Shown piece after piece: positions 1 to 10,425 of a DNA stretch of 39,240 nucleotides. The position numbers were made by a program, and so were the translations under genes. The stretch is from contig JBLIRN010000029.1 of assembly GCA_049472315.1 (NCBI GenBank), forward strand, positions 1 through 39,240, given 5' to 3'. Source of the DNA: a bacterium (GTDB lineage: Bacteria > SZUA-182 > DTGQ01 > JAFGSM01). Position 1 is the first letter of the stretch; each line of letters begins with the position of its first letter. Under the pieces are notes generated by a model that worked only from the letters and a program-made list of their open reading frames with translations, was not told the origin of the DNA and did not search any database.

Positions 1-395
1 TTTCCGATCGGATGGGAATGGGGATCCGTTCTCTCGGAGATAATCACCGGGACGTTCATTCCACGGGTTGCAATGAGGGTGAGGACATTTGTTTGATCCA
101 TGAAGGATATGACCGCATGCGGTGCCTTTTGCCTGATCGCCCGCCGCAGGCGATGGATGCGTTGTATATTCCGTATGGAGGCCTGAATGACGTTTGCGGG
201 ACCCCCGGTGAGATCAAGGGAACGATGATCGATTGAAGGATCAAGGTGAAAAAAGGGCGGTTCCCTCCCGTCATCGAAGGTCAGCACGGAGATCTCCATG
301 CCCTTCCGCGCCCAATAATTCGCCATGTGCGCGAGGATCTTCTCCGCCCCTCCCAGGGCGACAGAGGATATCACAAAGGTGATACGAATCGGCAT
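1..395 (-). CDS. GT4-family glycosyltransferase, 5' part (runs off the left edge)
   Basis: Not in the ORF track. Manual translation from ATG at 395 gives MPIRITFVISSVALGGAEKILAHMANYWARKG...VISFMDQTNVLTLIATRGMNVPVIISERTDP, a typical GT4 N-terminal domain (GGAE motif); the frame is open to the edge. Confidence 0.85.
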   Translation of the reverse strand, partial: MPIRITFVISSVALGGAEKILAHMANYWARKGMEISVLTFDDGREPPFFHLDPSIDHRSLDLTGGPANVIQASIRNIQRIHRLRRAIRQKAPHAVISFMDQTNVLTLIATRGMNVPVIISERTDPHSHPIG

Positions 396-509
396 CCAAA
401 CTTTGTCAGGCGAAGCGAAGCGGAGCACTATGCTCCTCCTGGGGCCATTAAAAGGGCCCCGTACTCAGCATTCCAAACTTTGTCAGGCGAAGCGAAGCGG
501 AGCACTATG
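395..509. repeat. Two exact 38-bp direct repeats (395-432, 472-509) separated by 39 bp
   Basis: TCCAAACTTTGTCAGGCGAAGCGAAGCGGAGCACTATG occurs twice. The intervening sequence has a GGGGCC/GGCCCC hairpin (441-460). Confidence 0.95.
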
Positions 510-646
510 TTACCCCTCCCGGCCACCACAAAAGCTCCCCATATCCCTCCTTAAACATCACTGCTCATGACGATGCGATCCCAAGATTAGAATTAATGGG
601 TCCGTATCGAAACGATCATCTCCATATGCTGCGAAAGCCTCCATTG

Positions 647-1759
647 TCATGAGGCATCCAGGCCCAACTCTTGAAAAAGACGGAGCCATCGTTCGATTAT
701 TGTATCAATACCAAAACGGTCCGTCACATCCTTTGCCGCGTTCCCCATCCGCACCCTCAGATCTTCGTTCCTCATCAATGTCTCCAGCGCCCGGCCAAAG
801 GCCTCGATGTCACCTGGAGACACCAGGAAGCCATCCACCCTGTCCCTGATTATGGTGGAGGGGCCTGAGGGACAATCAAAGCTGACTGCCGGCAATCCGC
901 ACGCCATCGCCTCCATCAGGGCCATCCCCTGCCCTTCATAACGGGATGGAAAGGCAAAGATGTCGCCTTGCTTGAGAAGGGAAAAGGGCTCAAAAAGCAC
1001 GCCGGGCAAAATGATCCGGTCTGCCAGCCCCGATGCGGCAATCTGACTCTCCAGGGCCGCCCTCAGGGAGCCCTCCCCCAGTATAATCACCCCCCACTCG
1101 CTCAATGCCGGGGCGATTTGGGAAAAGGCCCGGATCAACTGATCGAACCCCTTTTGATGCTCCAATCGACCCATGGCAACGATGTACCTTCTCATGGTGC
1201 CGGGCATGGGATGAGAGGGCATTCCTGCGGGAATTGGGGTCACGGGATTCGGGATACCGGTTGTCTTCCATCCCAGGAAATGCCCGGCTGCCCATTGCGC
1301 CTGGACTTCATCCAAAAACACGATGCGGTCCGCCAGCGGATACACCAGGGACCGCACATAATACCAGCGCCTGTTCGAAGTGGGATGGCAGCGGATGTCC
1401 ACCTGGCAGGAGATCAGTTTTTTCACCCTCCACAAGGGCGTGGCAAGCAGAAAGAGTTCATTGAGGCCATCCAGGAAGCTGATGACGAGATCCGGATGCA
1501 GCCCTCGCAAGCACCGTCTGATCAGGTATAATCGCCTCAGGTTTCCCCACGCATCATACCAGGGTATGGAAAGGTATCTTCCCAGATGCAGCGTTTCGCG
1601 GCGGATCCCTTTATCAAGGGTATAAAAGTCCGGGAGATCCCCCCGGCAGGTGACCACGGTCACCTCATGGGACCTGCTGTGAAATCCCTTGGCAAGGAGC
1701 ACCACGCTTCGCTCGGCCCCCCCGCCAGCCAAAGACCCGCAAAACAGCAGGATCTTCAT
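647..1759 (-). CDS. GT4-family glycosyltransferase (AmsD/PglJ-like)
   Basis: Start corrected to MKILLFCGSLAGGGAERS (ATG 1759, ATGA overlap with the upstream stop). Contains GRLEHQKG and SRYEGQGMALMEAMACG GT4 motifs. Confidence 0.92.
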   Translation of the reverse strand: MKILLFCGSLAGGGAERSVVLLAKGFHSRSHEVTVVTCRGDLPDFYTLDKGIRRETLHLGRYLSIPWYDAWGNLRRLYLIRRCLRGLHPDLVISFLDGLNELFLLATPLWRVKKLISCQVDIRCHPTSNRRWYYVRSLVYPLADRIVFLDEVQAQWAAGHFLGWKTTGIPNPVTPIPAGMPSHPMPGTMRRYIVAMGRLEHQKGFDQLIRAFSQIAPALSEWGVIILGEGSLRAALESQIAASGLADRIILPGVLFEPFSLLKQGDIFAFPSRYEGQGMALMEAMACGLPAVSFDCPSGPSTIIRDRVDGFLVSPGDIEAFGRALETLMRNEDLRVRMGNAAKDVTDRFGIDTIIERWLRLFQELGLDAS

Positions 1760-2919
1760 TGTTTCATCCCGTATGCCGATACCAGGGCGTCCACGGTCAT
1801 ATCCACTGTCCGGTGCAGGGAAAATCGCTCTTGCACACGCTGCTGCAGGGCAATGCCCATATCCTGCCGTGCCTTCTCGTTGTCCCGGAGCCATAGGATA
1901 TGTTTTTGCAGTCCCTCCACATCCATGGGGTCGATCAGGAATCCCTGTATTCCGTGATCAATGACCTCGGGGTTTCCCCCCTTGTTCGAGGCGATGCAGG
2001 GAATTCCCCTGGCCCCTGCCTCCAACAGGGTGTGCGACAATCCCTCATACAGTGAGGGCAAAACCACGACATGAATTCCGCTGAATTCTTCGTTCAGACG
2101 CTCACTGGAGATGCGTCCCGTAAAGGTGACCCTTTCGGTAATCCCCAGGCGTTTACAAAGGTCCATCAGCATGGGACCTTCGGGACCATCCCCGATGATG
2201 CGGACATGCACCCCGTCCAATGCCCTGACCGCCAAAAGAAGGGCATCCACCCCCTTCCAGTTGGTCAGTCTTCCGATGAAGGCCACCTGCAGGGCGGATC
2301 CCTGTGCCCTTTTATACCGTGCACCGGACAAGGCCCGCCCGTCCACACCGTTGTAGATCCTCATCACCCTCTCCGGTGCCACCCCCCACCCGATCACCAT
2401 CTCTCTTAGATAGTCGCTCGGGGTGATGATGTGCGAGGCTTCCCGGACATACCGATAACGCCGGACGCTGATTATGCCCAGGGATCCCGGCTGTTTGGAG
2501 ATCGCCTGATATGCATCGATATCCATTGCCGTTTGCCCGCTGTTCCGTGCGGTCTCCCACACCGTGTCCCCGGCGATCTTCAGGACGAACGGCTTGCGCA
2601 AGATAAGGGAGACCCAGGAGACATAGTGTTCCAGCCCGTTGGCGAACACGGCTGATGCGCGGAACATCTCTGCAAGGAGTCTTGTGCGAACCTGCAACTC
2701 ATGGATCACATGTCTTTTGTTCCGTTCCAGTCGAATCAGATGAAAGGGAAACCGGGAATCGTCAGGATAGCGCTTACGGTCGGAGGTGCACAGCACCCTC
2801 ACCGGATATCCCTTCTCGCACAAGGCCTGTCCCAGCATGGGAATAAAGGTGGCAGGCCCGCCGATATCCGGTGGGAATATGTTCGTCACGAGCAATATAT
2901 GCATTCTCTGTTTGGTCAC
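1756..2919 (-). CDS. GT4-family glycosyltransferase
   Basis: FPPDIGGPATF N-terminus, GRLTNWKG, PSLYEGLSHTLLEA. Start may be ATG 2904. Confidence 0.92.
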   Translation of the reverse strand: MTKQRMHILLVTNIFPPDIGGPATFIPMLGQALCEKGYPVRVLCTSDRKRYPDDSRFPFHLIRLERNKRHVIHELQVRTRLLAEMFRASAVFANGLEHYVSWVSLILRKPFVLKIAGDTVWETARNSGQTAMDIDAYQAISKQPGSLGIISVRRYRYVREASHIITPSDYLREMVIGWGVAPERVMRIYNGVDGRALSGARYKRAQGSALQVAFIGRLTNWKGVDALLLAVRALDGVHVRIIGDGPEGPMLMDLCKRLGITERVTFTGRISSERLNEEFSGIHVVVLPSLYEGLSHTLLEAGARGIPCIASNKGGNPEVIDHGIQGFLIDPMDVEGLQKHILWLRDNEKARQDMGIALQQRVQERFSLHRTVDMTVDALVSAYGMKQ

Positions 2920-3977
2920 TATCCGGCAACCTCCTGCAGGTTTTCTATAACCCGCACGGCATACGAGTGAAGGTCGTGCCGTCCCTTCACAAGCCCCCGC
3001 AATGCCACTGGATCATACTGATCACGGCGGCCGTAGATATATTCCACGCGCTCTGCAATCGCCTCCGGCCGATCCTCCTGCATGAAAAATTCGGGATATC
3101 CTGTGAGGAGATCCCTGAACGCAGGATTTGTGGTAAGGACCGGGCAGCCGGAGGAGAGCGCCTCCAGGACCGTTTTATCCATGCTGTTCGTGCGGCTGAC
3201 ATTCAGATGCAAAAAGGCGGTCCGGTATAACCGGGGCACGTATTCCAGGGGAACGTATCCGACCATGTCCACGTCGGACTGGATCCCTCTCTCCCAGATG
3301 AATGCGGATATCCCCTGCCCATAATCCACGTCCTCCATGGTAAGCATGGGACCGGCAATCTTGAGCCTGCACCCTCGCAGCCTGTCCCTTGTTCTTATTG
3401 CCTCCATTGTCCTGACAAGCAAATCAACGCGCTTCCTGGGAGAGATCCTACCCACGTACAGGATATCTTGCGGATCGCGCTGTACAGGGATTCGAAAAAG
3501 GGACGTATCCACGCCCTGGCCGATGACGCGGACCTTCGGTGAATCGATGCGACACCCCTCCGAAGAAGAGGTGAGCACCCGGTCGGCACACCGAACCGCC
3601 CATCGCAGACGCCGGCTGACCGTTCCGTGCGCATACCAGACCACAACCGGCAGGCCGAGCAGGGCAAAACAGGGGTACAAGCGATAGGACCACTCCATGT
3701 CCATGTGAATGAATACCGCATCGATCCGGTGCCTCCGGCACAGCCGACAGACCGACCAGTTCAGAAGCCACCTTCCGCCGAACCGGTGCGGAACGCCTAT
3801 GGGCCTGCGCGGTACCTGATATATGCTCACATTTGAAGGCGTGTCAAATGTGCCGACCCTTGAGGTGAAGACAACAAGTGCCGAGCACCGCGCTGCAAGC
3901 TCCTTGACCACCCTCGCCTGCCAAGCCAGGACCCCGTGCAGTTCATCCGTTACGAAATTAACCAGAAGAAGGTTCAT
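2919..3977 (-). CDS. GT4-family glycosyltransferase
   Basis: VGRISPRKRVDLL and the variant acceptor motif SRTNSMDKTVLEALSSGCPV. ATG 3977 preferred over TTG 3992. Confidence 0.85.
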   Translation of the reverse strand: MNLLLVNFVTDELHGVLAWQARVVKELAARCSALVVFTSRVGTFDTPSNVSIYQVPRRPIGVPHRFGGRWLLNWSVCRLCRRHRIDAVFIHMDMEWSYRLYPCFALLGLPVVVWYAHGTVSRRLRWAVRCADRVLTSSSEGCRIDSPKVRVIGQGVDTSLFRIPVQRDPQDILYVGRISPRKRVDLLVRTMEAIRTRDRLRGCRLKIAGPMLTMEDVDYGQGISAFIWERGIQSDVDMVGYVPLEYVPRLYRTAFLHLNVSRTNSMDKTVLEALSSGCPVLTTNPAFRDLLTGYPEFFMQEDRPEAIAERVEYIYGRRDQYDPVALRGLVKGRHDLHSYAVRVIENLQEVAG

Positions 3978-4656
3978 GGGTTTTGATGTCAAATACCAGC
4001 GTGTTGCAATATAAGGAGGGGCCCATGAACACCTGTCCCAGACGGGTATAGAGCGTATTCACCATCCCGACGCTAGAGAAGGAATAGAAATCCCTGCACC
4101 CGATGATCCTGGACACCCTCACGTTGTTTCTAAGTGATCGTGATTCAACAAAGGAGACGGTGTTTTTGAAGGTGGTCAACCAGCGATGACGATCCCCCTG
4201 ATGATCCCCGTAAAGATCGTATTTGCCCGTCTTGAGGGAGCCCCTTAACAGGAAATGCACCCGATGGATAAGGGTGGACATATTGGGCAGGCTGACGATC
4301 ACCTCTTTCCGGGCTATCCTTACGCATTCGTCAAACGCCCGATGGATGTTTTCAAGATGTTCGAGCACATCCAGAACGACAACATAATCGAACTGTCCGT
4401 CCTTAAAAGGCAAAGGCTTCTCCAGATCGACCTCATAATCATGTCCGTGGTCGATATCGGCTGAATAGTAGGTGAGCGAGGGGTTCGCGCCGCCGGCATC
4501 GAGGAACTCCAGCAGCCTCCGGTCCCGGGAACCCAGATCGATCAGGGTCCCCTTCTTGCCGGAAAGGAGGACTGCAGCCACCTCATAGCGGGAGAGATAT
4601 TCCGATTTCACCACCGGAATCCCGCTCCCTGATTCCTTGTTATCCATATGCTCCAT
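3958..4656 (-). CDS. Class I SAM-dependent methyltransferase (Methyltransf_11-like)
   Basis: LIDLGS motif I, then LPFKDGQFDYVVVLDVLEHL and IVSLPN. Confidence 0.85.
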   Translation of the reverse strand: MEHMDNKESGSGIPVVKSEYLSRYEVAAVLLSGKKGTLIDLGSRDRRLLEFLDAGGANPSLTYYSADIDHGHDYEVDLEKPLPFKDGQFDYVVVLDVLEHLENIHRAFDECVRIARKEVIVSLPNMSTLIHRVHFLLRGSLKTGKYDLYGDHQGDRHRWLTTFKNTVSFVESRSLRNNVRVSRIIGCRDFYSFSSVGMVNTLYTRLGQVFMGPSLYCNTLVFDIKTHEPSSG

Positions 4657-4673
4657 TTTTATCCATATGCTCC
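4640..4673. repeat. 15-bp direct repeat (TTATCCATATGCTCC at 4640-4654 and 4659-4673) covering the start region of the methyltransferase
   Basis: On the minus strand it reads GGAGCATATGGATAA twice, 19 bp apart. Confidence 0.85.
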
Positions 4674-4788
4674 GTTATAAAACCCGCATTATTCCCAATC
4701 GCTCCCGGATGACAATCCCTTTTCCAACACCGCCGGCATTTCCAATTCTGCACCGGATCGTCATGGGCAGACATGTTTAGAATTGCTC

Positions 4789-5955
4789 TCATGCCGCTTG
4801 ATCGACCAGCAATCGGACCCAGGCCTTGGTCAGTCTGTCCGGATCAAAGGCATCGCGCACCTTGGTATTGCCGGCCGATCCCATTTTTTCCCGCAGCGCA
4901 CCGTCCTTCAGCAGGCGAGCGGCGCTCCGGGCCATTTCCTCCGTCTCGTTGTGATGGTGCAGGAATCCGGTGATATCATGATCAACGATATCCTCCACGC
5001 CGGTGATCCGTGTGGCCACCACTGGGAGGTGATGCAGATAGGACTCCACCAGAACCCTCCCGAATCCCTCATACAGGGAGGTCAAAAGGAATACCGAGGC
5101 CTCGTTATAGTGACTGGAGAGCTGATGGTAGGGGACCTCACCCTGGAATTCGACAATACCTTCCAAACCCAATGCTGAGCATTCCTCCTCCAACCTCTTT
5201 TTAATAGGACCATCTCCTACAATTTTAAACCTTGCAGCAGGCTCAAGCTCAGCAATCCGGCTTGCCACCCGCAGCCATAAAGGGAGATTCTTTGCCCATA
5301 CCAGACGCCCGACAAAAAGCACCACCGGCCTTCTGGTCGCACGATCAGCAGAAGCGCCGGTACAACTCTCATTTTTCTCATTCGCCATGCTCACGGGAAC
5401 CGGAATGAGGGCGATTTCCTTTTTGAATCCCCTTCGGATAAGCCCCTGCCGGATACGGCTCCCCACCACCCGGAGGGCGGAATAAAGCGGCAGGAGACTC
5501 AGGGTGATGCGAAGACGGATACTCCCCTTCCAATCATCGCCAAGGCAATCCCTTTGGGCATACAAAGAAAAAAGGTCATAGTGTATCTGCCCAACCACCG
5601 GTATCCGAAGGAGCAGGCCGAAGAGAAGAACCCACCATCCCATCCCGGCAACATCCTGACAGGTAAGGACCCGGATCGGAAGACGGCTATGCAGCTTTAA
5701 TAGTGTCCAAAGAAGCCGGACGAAGCTCCTTCTCCCATGGAACTGAAGGGGTATAAGGCGGAGATTGGATTGACGGATCTCCCTACAGTCGGAGGATCGA
5801 ACTAACACGGCGATGGTCATAAACGAACCCGGGCACTGGGAACAAAGCTCGGCCGCGTAACGCGCCTGACGCGTCCAGGCATCGGACCCGGCATTGTGCC
5901 GGAATACGGTTTCATCCCAGCTTACCTGCACGATATGGAGGTCCCTTTTCTTCAC
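4789..5955 (-). CDS. GT4-family glycosyltransferase
   Basis: FVGRLVWAKN and TSLYEGFGRVLVES motifs. Confidence 0.9.
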   Translation of the reverse strand: MKKRDLHIVQVSWDETVFRHNAGSDAWTRQARYAAELCSQCPGSFMTIAVLVRSSDCREIRQSNLRLIPLQFHGRRSFVRLLWTLLKLHSRLPIRVLTCQDVAGMGWWVLLFGLLLRIPVVGQIHYDLFSLYAQRDCLGDDWKGSIRLRITLSLLPLYSALRVVGSRIRQGLIRRGFKKEIALIPVPVSMANEKNESCTGASADRATRRPVVLFVGRLVWAKNLPLWLRVASRIAELEPAARFKIVGDGPIKKRLEEECSALGLEGIVEFQGEVPYHQLSSHYNEASVFLLTSLYEGFGRVLVESYLHHLPVVATRITGVEDIVDHDITGFLHHHNETEEMARSAARLLKDGALREKMGSAGNTKVRDAFDPDRLTKAWVRLLVDQAA

Positions 5956-5958
5956 CGC

Positions 5959-7197
5959 TCAATGTCCTTCCCTGCACACGCCGCTTTTGACATGAATCCC
6001 CAACTGTGGATCCAGCACGGCATGTGATTGAGCCCGTCCCTGCATTGTGAAACCCACCGGATCCAGGAATTTAATCACCTTTTTCAGCGTGGTTTGATCA
6101 ACAACCGCAATGTACGGAAAGAAATGGTGTGAGGCCAAATGCAGGTCCGGAAACTCAATACAGATCGTATGCTCTCCGGTGACGCCTTCCAGATCGCTGC
6201 AATGAAAGGTTTGATTGATCACGGGCTGCATTGCCTCATTAAAGAGGACGATATCGAGGCCTACGCTTTCAAACTTCCGGGAAAGCATGATGGTGAACCA
6301 TATCCTGAAGGAACCTTTTGACAGTACCTCCCTTGATGGGACTCCCCCCTGCTCGATACCCCACCCAAGGAATTCCATCCCTTCGGCAACCATAAGTCCC
6401 TGCCCCTTCATACTGGCGCCCTTGGCAATTTTGAGGTTCTGGGAGTGGACGTAGGTATCGATTACCTCATCAGGCTCTCCGTAGCAGGTCATCCTGCCAT
6501 GATCGAGGAGCAGGCATTTTGTGCACAACCGACGTAATTGATTGACATTATGGCTCACGAATACCACGGCGCCTGCCTGTTCCCTGATCCTGGCCACCCT
6601 TTCCAGGCTCTTCACCTGAAATCCGATATCCCCCACGGAGAGAACCTCGTCCAGGATAAGGATCTCGGGCTGTATGATCGTTGCCACCGAAAAACCCAAC
6701 CGCACCCTCATGCCGGTGCTGTATGTTGCCACCGGGCTATCGATAAATTCCTCCAATTCAGCAAATTCAATGATCTCATCCAATCGTTCGAGCAGATCCT
6801 TTCTGGGGATTCCCAGAACAGCCCCGCTCACCAGGATATTCTCGCGGCCCGAGAGCATGAGACTAAACGCCCCACCGAGCTCTATCAAGGCCTGCATGGA
6901 ACCGTTGACGACAATCCTTCCCCGTGTCGGCCTTATTATGCCATTCAACAACTTCAGGAGAGTCGATTTACCCGCCCCATTATGGCCGATAACCCCCAGC
7001 GTCTCTCCTCGTTTGAGCTCGAAATTGATATCCTGCAACCCCCAGAACTCCCTTTTTCGCAGAGACAGGTTTTCATTCCTGAAGCAAAAGGTATCCCGGG
7101 CGATATCGCAGAGGGCGTAATAGAGAGAAGTCTTGAGATTACGGCAGTACCGCTTCCACAAATCCTTCGCTTGAATGAGTATCTCTTTATCGTGCAT
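5959..7197 (-). CDS. wzt: Polysaccharide ABC transporter ATP-binding subunit with C-terminal extension (Wzt)
   Basis: Walker A GHNGAGKST, signature YSTGMRVRLGF, Walker B ILILDEVLSVGD, plus a C-terminal extension of about 160 aa. Confidence 0.93.
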   Translation of the reverse strand: MHDKEILIQAKDLWKRYCRNLKTSLYYALCDIARDTFCFRNENLSLRKREFWGLQDINFELKRGETLGVIGHNGAGKSTLLKLLNGIIRPTRGRIVVNGSMQALIELGGAFSLMLSGRENILVSGAVLGIPRKDLLERLDEIIEFAELEEFIDSPVATYSTGMRVRLGFSVATIIQPEILILDEVLSVGDIGFQVKSLERVARIREQAGAVVFVSHNVNQLRRLCTKCLLLDHGRMTCYGEPDEVIDTYVHSQNLKIAKGASMKGQGLMVAEGMEFLGWGIEQGGVPSREVLSKGSFRIWFTIMLSRKFESVGLDIVLFNEAMQPVINQTFHCSDLEGVTGEHTICIEFPDLHLASHHFFPYIAVVDQTTLKKVIKFLDPVGFTMQGRAQSHAVLDPQLGIHVKSGVCREGH

Positions 7198-7199
7198 GG

Positions 7200-8042
7200 T
7201 TACGCATTGAGCCTTTCAAATATGATGGGCAGGCTGATCTTGAAAAGGATCCATCCCGCACACAACACGAGCATGCCTCCTGAAAGAATCCATAGGAGAA
7301 CTGGATAGTATGATGGTGAAAGCCTGAAAAAGAGATCCCTGGGGAAATTGACAAGATACATGAGGGGATTCGCCTTGAAATACCACGCAATGGAATCGCT
7401 CGACGCATTGACGTAATACCCCACCGGGGTGATAAACATGAGTAGGGTTGTGCTCAGAGCGACCGATTCGGCAAAATCCTTGTATAACAACCCGAGCGGC
7501 ATAAGTACCAGTCCCAGGCATGTGCCGAAAACAAGAATGGGAAATAGCGAAAAAATGATCCCCGGCAGGGCGAACAATCCTGGGATATACCTGAACCAGA
7601 TGCAAAAACCGAGCAGCAGGATCAGCCTTACCACAAAACTCGTAAGGCTCTGATAGACGGAGGCGAGAATGAGGCCCTCCACTGGAAGGCTGATCTTGGT
7701 AACGAGACCCTTGGATGCCTCCACCACCTTTGTCGGATTTAAAAGGCAGTCCACAAAAAGCTGCCAGAAAAGCATACCTGTCAGGATAAACAGAGGCGCC
7801 GGAATGCCAGCAGGGCCGCCCTGCATGACGTTGGTGCGGTTGAGGAATACAAAAACGGCGGTCATGAGCAAGGGGGGGAGAAATGCCCATAAAAGGCCAA
7901 GCAGGGTTTGGCGGTATTGGGCATTAAAATCCCTCAGGAATATCTGCAAGGCAAGGCCACGGGAATTCCATAAATCCCTGCACATGGACCGAAGCAAGCG
8001 TTTCGGATGTAATAGCGGGCTTTCCGGAGAATAGGTGATCAT
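7200..8042 (-). CDS. wzm: Polysaccharide ABC transporter permease (Wzm)
   Basis: RDFNAQYRQTLLGLLWAFLPP, TPVGY and NP motifs; multiple TM helices; directly upstream of wzt. Confidence 0.92.
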   Translation of the reverse strand: MITYSPESPLLHPKRLLRSMCRDLWNSRGLALQIFLRDFNAQYRQTLLGLLWAFLPPLLMTAVFVFLNRTNVMQGGPAGIPAPLFILTGMLFWQLFVDCLLNPTKVVEASKGLVTKISLPVEGLILASVYQSLTSFVVRLILLLGFCIWFRYIPGLFALPGIIFSLFPILVFGTCLGLVLMPLGLLYKDFAESVALSTTLLMFITPVGYYVNASSDSIAWYFKANPLMYLVNFPRDLFFRLSPSYYPVLLWILSGGMLVLCAGWILFKISLPIIFERLNA

Positions 8043-8717
8043 GTCCTATTCCTTGATGTATTCCCTTCCCATGCAACCGTATCCGAAAATGGAGAATAAG
8101 TGCAATTGCTCAACATCAGGCAGGAAGGAGGATGCACCTTCTCCCATAACGGATTGAGCAAATCCAACTATATAATCCCATTTTTTACAAAAGGTCACCA
8201 TACATATATCATAGAAGGCCGTTCCAGGAAAGCACGGCATGCCGATGCCTGCGGCCATGGTGGGTATCTGTGCACAGGCAGCCAATAATCCTTATATATC
8301 GTATCCTTCTCATCGACCATGACAATGACCCGTGCAACCCTGTATTCTACAGTAGTCCTTGACATCAAAGGGGCTTCCCCTATAAGTATTCATCGGATGT
8401 TCCGGACAAAAGGTCGGCGCCCTGTCAATGTTGTTACAGAATATCCGTTAATTCCAGTGGTGCCCCACCGGCTGGTGTGCAAAGACAGACATGCCTGCCC
8501 GCGACAATCCAATGGGCCAATCGGTATTGTCGAAGACTGCCATCATCGTATGCCATGGTTTACCCGATAAGAATATGTGGCGCATGTTCGACACCGGAAT
8601 GAAAAATTACGGGCAATGCCATTTTGTGATATGATGTGACCGCACAATACAATGCCGGATAGAAGGAAGGGGAAACAGGGTATTCTGCATGTGTGAAATA
8701 AATAACCGCATTGATGT

Positions 8718-9476
8718 GTGCCAATCCACCGGCATGGGGATACGGAACATCCAATGATACTCAATCCAAAAAGGCTCACATGGCAAAGGTACATCGGAAT
8801 GATACGAAGTCCCTACTCCATGCTGAGGACCTTACAATACGAACGGATTCAAGGAATGCCCTTGGAGGGACCCGTACTGGACGTGGGAGGCGGCAAACGC
8901 AATAGCTATGTACATCTTTTTGATGTGAATGGGGTCGTTGAAAGCATCAATATCGACCCGGATATGGAACCGACCTATTGTGCCGATCTCAACCATCCCC
9001 TGCCGGTTCAAGACGATACATACAACACCATCATATCACTGAATACCCTGGAACACATACATAAGGATGAAGCCCTGCTGCGAGAGATGTATCGGGTGCT
9101 TAAACCAGGCGGAAGGATACTGATTATGGTACCCTTTCTTTACCGAGTGCACGCATCCCCGTCTGATTATCATCGACATACCGCATACTGGTGGGACCAA
9201 CTCCTTGAAGGGATCGGCTTCCAAAAACAGGACATCATAGTGGAGCCCCTCATGTGGGATGTCATCGGGACCGGTTTTGCGACCAGCGAATACTGGTGTC
9301 CACCGCGTGTGCCTTTTTCCAAATCGTTTCGTTATGTCCGAAGGTGTCTCCTTCTGCTCATAGGAACAGTCTATCAAACCATTCGATGGAGGGGCCATGA
9401 AAGGCTGCCGGACATCATTGGATTACAGGACAGGGACTACGCCCTCGGATATTTCATAGAGGCAAGGAAGCGGTGA
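8718..9476 (+). CDS. Class I SAM-dependent methyltransferase
   Basis: VLDVGGG, NTLEHI, RVLKPGG, VPFLYRVHASPSDYHR. Start may be ATG 8754. Confidence 0.88.
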   Translation: MPIHRHGDTEHPMILNPKRLTWQRYIGMIRSPYSMLRTLQYERIQGMPLEGPVLDVGGGKRNSYVHLFDVNGVVESINIDPDMEPTYCADLNHPLPVQDDTYNTIISLNTLEHIHKDEALLREMYRVLKPGGRILIMVPFLYRVHASPSDYHRHTAYWWDQLLEGIGFQKQDIIVEPLMWDVIGTGFATSEYWCPPRVPFSKSFRYVRRCLLLLIGTVYQTIRWRGHERLPDIIGLQDRDYALGYFIEARKR

Positions 9477-9532
9477 AATGACATATATGGATCTTTGGTT
9501 GCATCGCTTATACATGAGAGCTCCTTATTCAT

Positions 9533-10312
9533 TCATCCCGTCTTTATGGCGACACGGCATGTATAATCGATGCGATTCAAAAGAATACGAATATTATTGT
9601 CTGAAATATATTCATCCACCGCCTTTCTCGCCCCTTCCCAATGTCCGTAATCATCAATAATCAAAACACCATTTCGCGTCACACGTGGGAACAAGTGAGT
9701 CAGTTCATGCCTTGTCGATTCATACCAATCCGTATCAAGCCTGAGTAATGCAATTTCCTTTGGGACATCCTTTGGTATCGTATCTTCGACCTTTCCCTTA
9801 ATGAAATGAATCCTTTCTTTCTGATAGCCCGTGCTGAACATGTTTTCCTTTACTTCATCCAAGGGAGACAGGCACCAGGCTGATGCATTCTCGGATATCC
9901 TTGCCCTGCAAAACTTCTCATAAGCATGGTGCCCATGAATCGAAATATCGGCATCACTGGGGGCACTCATCCCGGAGAACGTATCATATAGGTATAGGTC
10001 CCTGTTCTCAGCGCCCAGCAACTTAAGTGTTAGCGCCATTGCCATTGTTGAGCCACCCTTCCACACACCGCATTCAACCATAGCCCCGTCTATTCTGTTT
10101 TTCACGACATACTTAACCGCATCAATCAACGCATTCAGTCTTTCCGGGCTTGTCAAGGTGTATGGTTTTACGATCTCGCATATCTCTATATTCTGTTCAC
10201 TGAAATCGCATGGGTAGAGCGGTTTGACGGGGCATTTCTGTTGATATCGAACAATATCAAATCCAAATCTCTGTATCAGAGGCCGAATCGTGGTTGTAAG
10301 GATCTTTTTCAT
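9533..10312 (-). CDS. TylF/MycF (macrocin O-methyltransferase) family protein
   Basis: VECGVWKGGS, YDTFSG, LRLDTDWYEST, IIDDYGHWEGARKAVDEY. Start corrected to ATG 10312 after AAGGAGA. Confidence 0.92.
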   Translation of the reverse strand: MKKILTTTIRPLIQRFGFDIVRYQQKCPVKPLYPCDFSEQNIEICEIVKPYTLTSPERLNALIDAVKYVVKNRIDGAMVECGVWKGGSTMAMALTLKLLGAENRDLYLYDTFSGMSAPSDADISIHGHHAYEKFCRARISENASAWCLSPLDEVKENMFSTGYQKERIHFIKGKVEDTIPKDVPKEIALLRLDTDWYESTRHELTHLFPRVTRNGVLIIDDYGHWEGARKAVDEYISDNNIRILLNRIDYTCRVAIKTG

Positions 10313-10425
10313 TATTCTCCTTGTGTTGTCCGGGCATTCCATTGTTGAACAAGGCTGTGCTGCCCACAAGGATCTTCTCCCTATTGGTGCTGAGCAAGGA
10401 TCCGAACCCTCGCCTGCACGCCCTG

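Noticed and set aside
395..509. CRISPR array
   Set aside because: Only two repeats, no cas genes or leader, and partial similarity continues past the repeat ends, as in a tandem duplication.
1760..1894. N-terminal extensions in the ORF track (also 10313-10522, 16663-16758, 18560-18667)
   Set aside because: They overlap upstream genes; family motifs, RBS and stop-start coupling point to the downstream ATGs.
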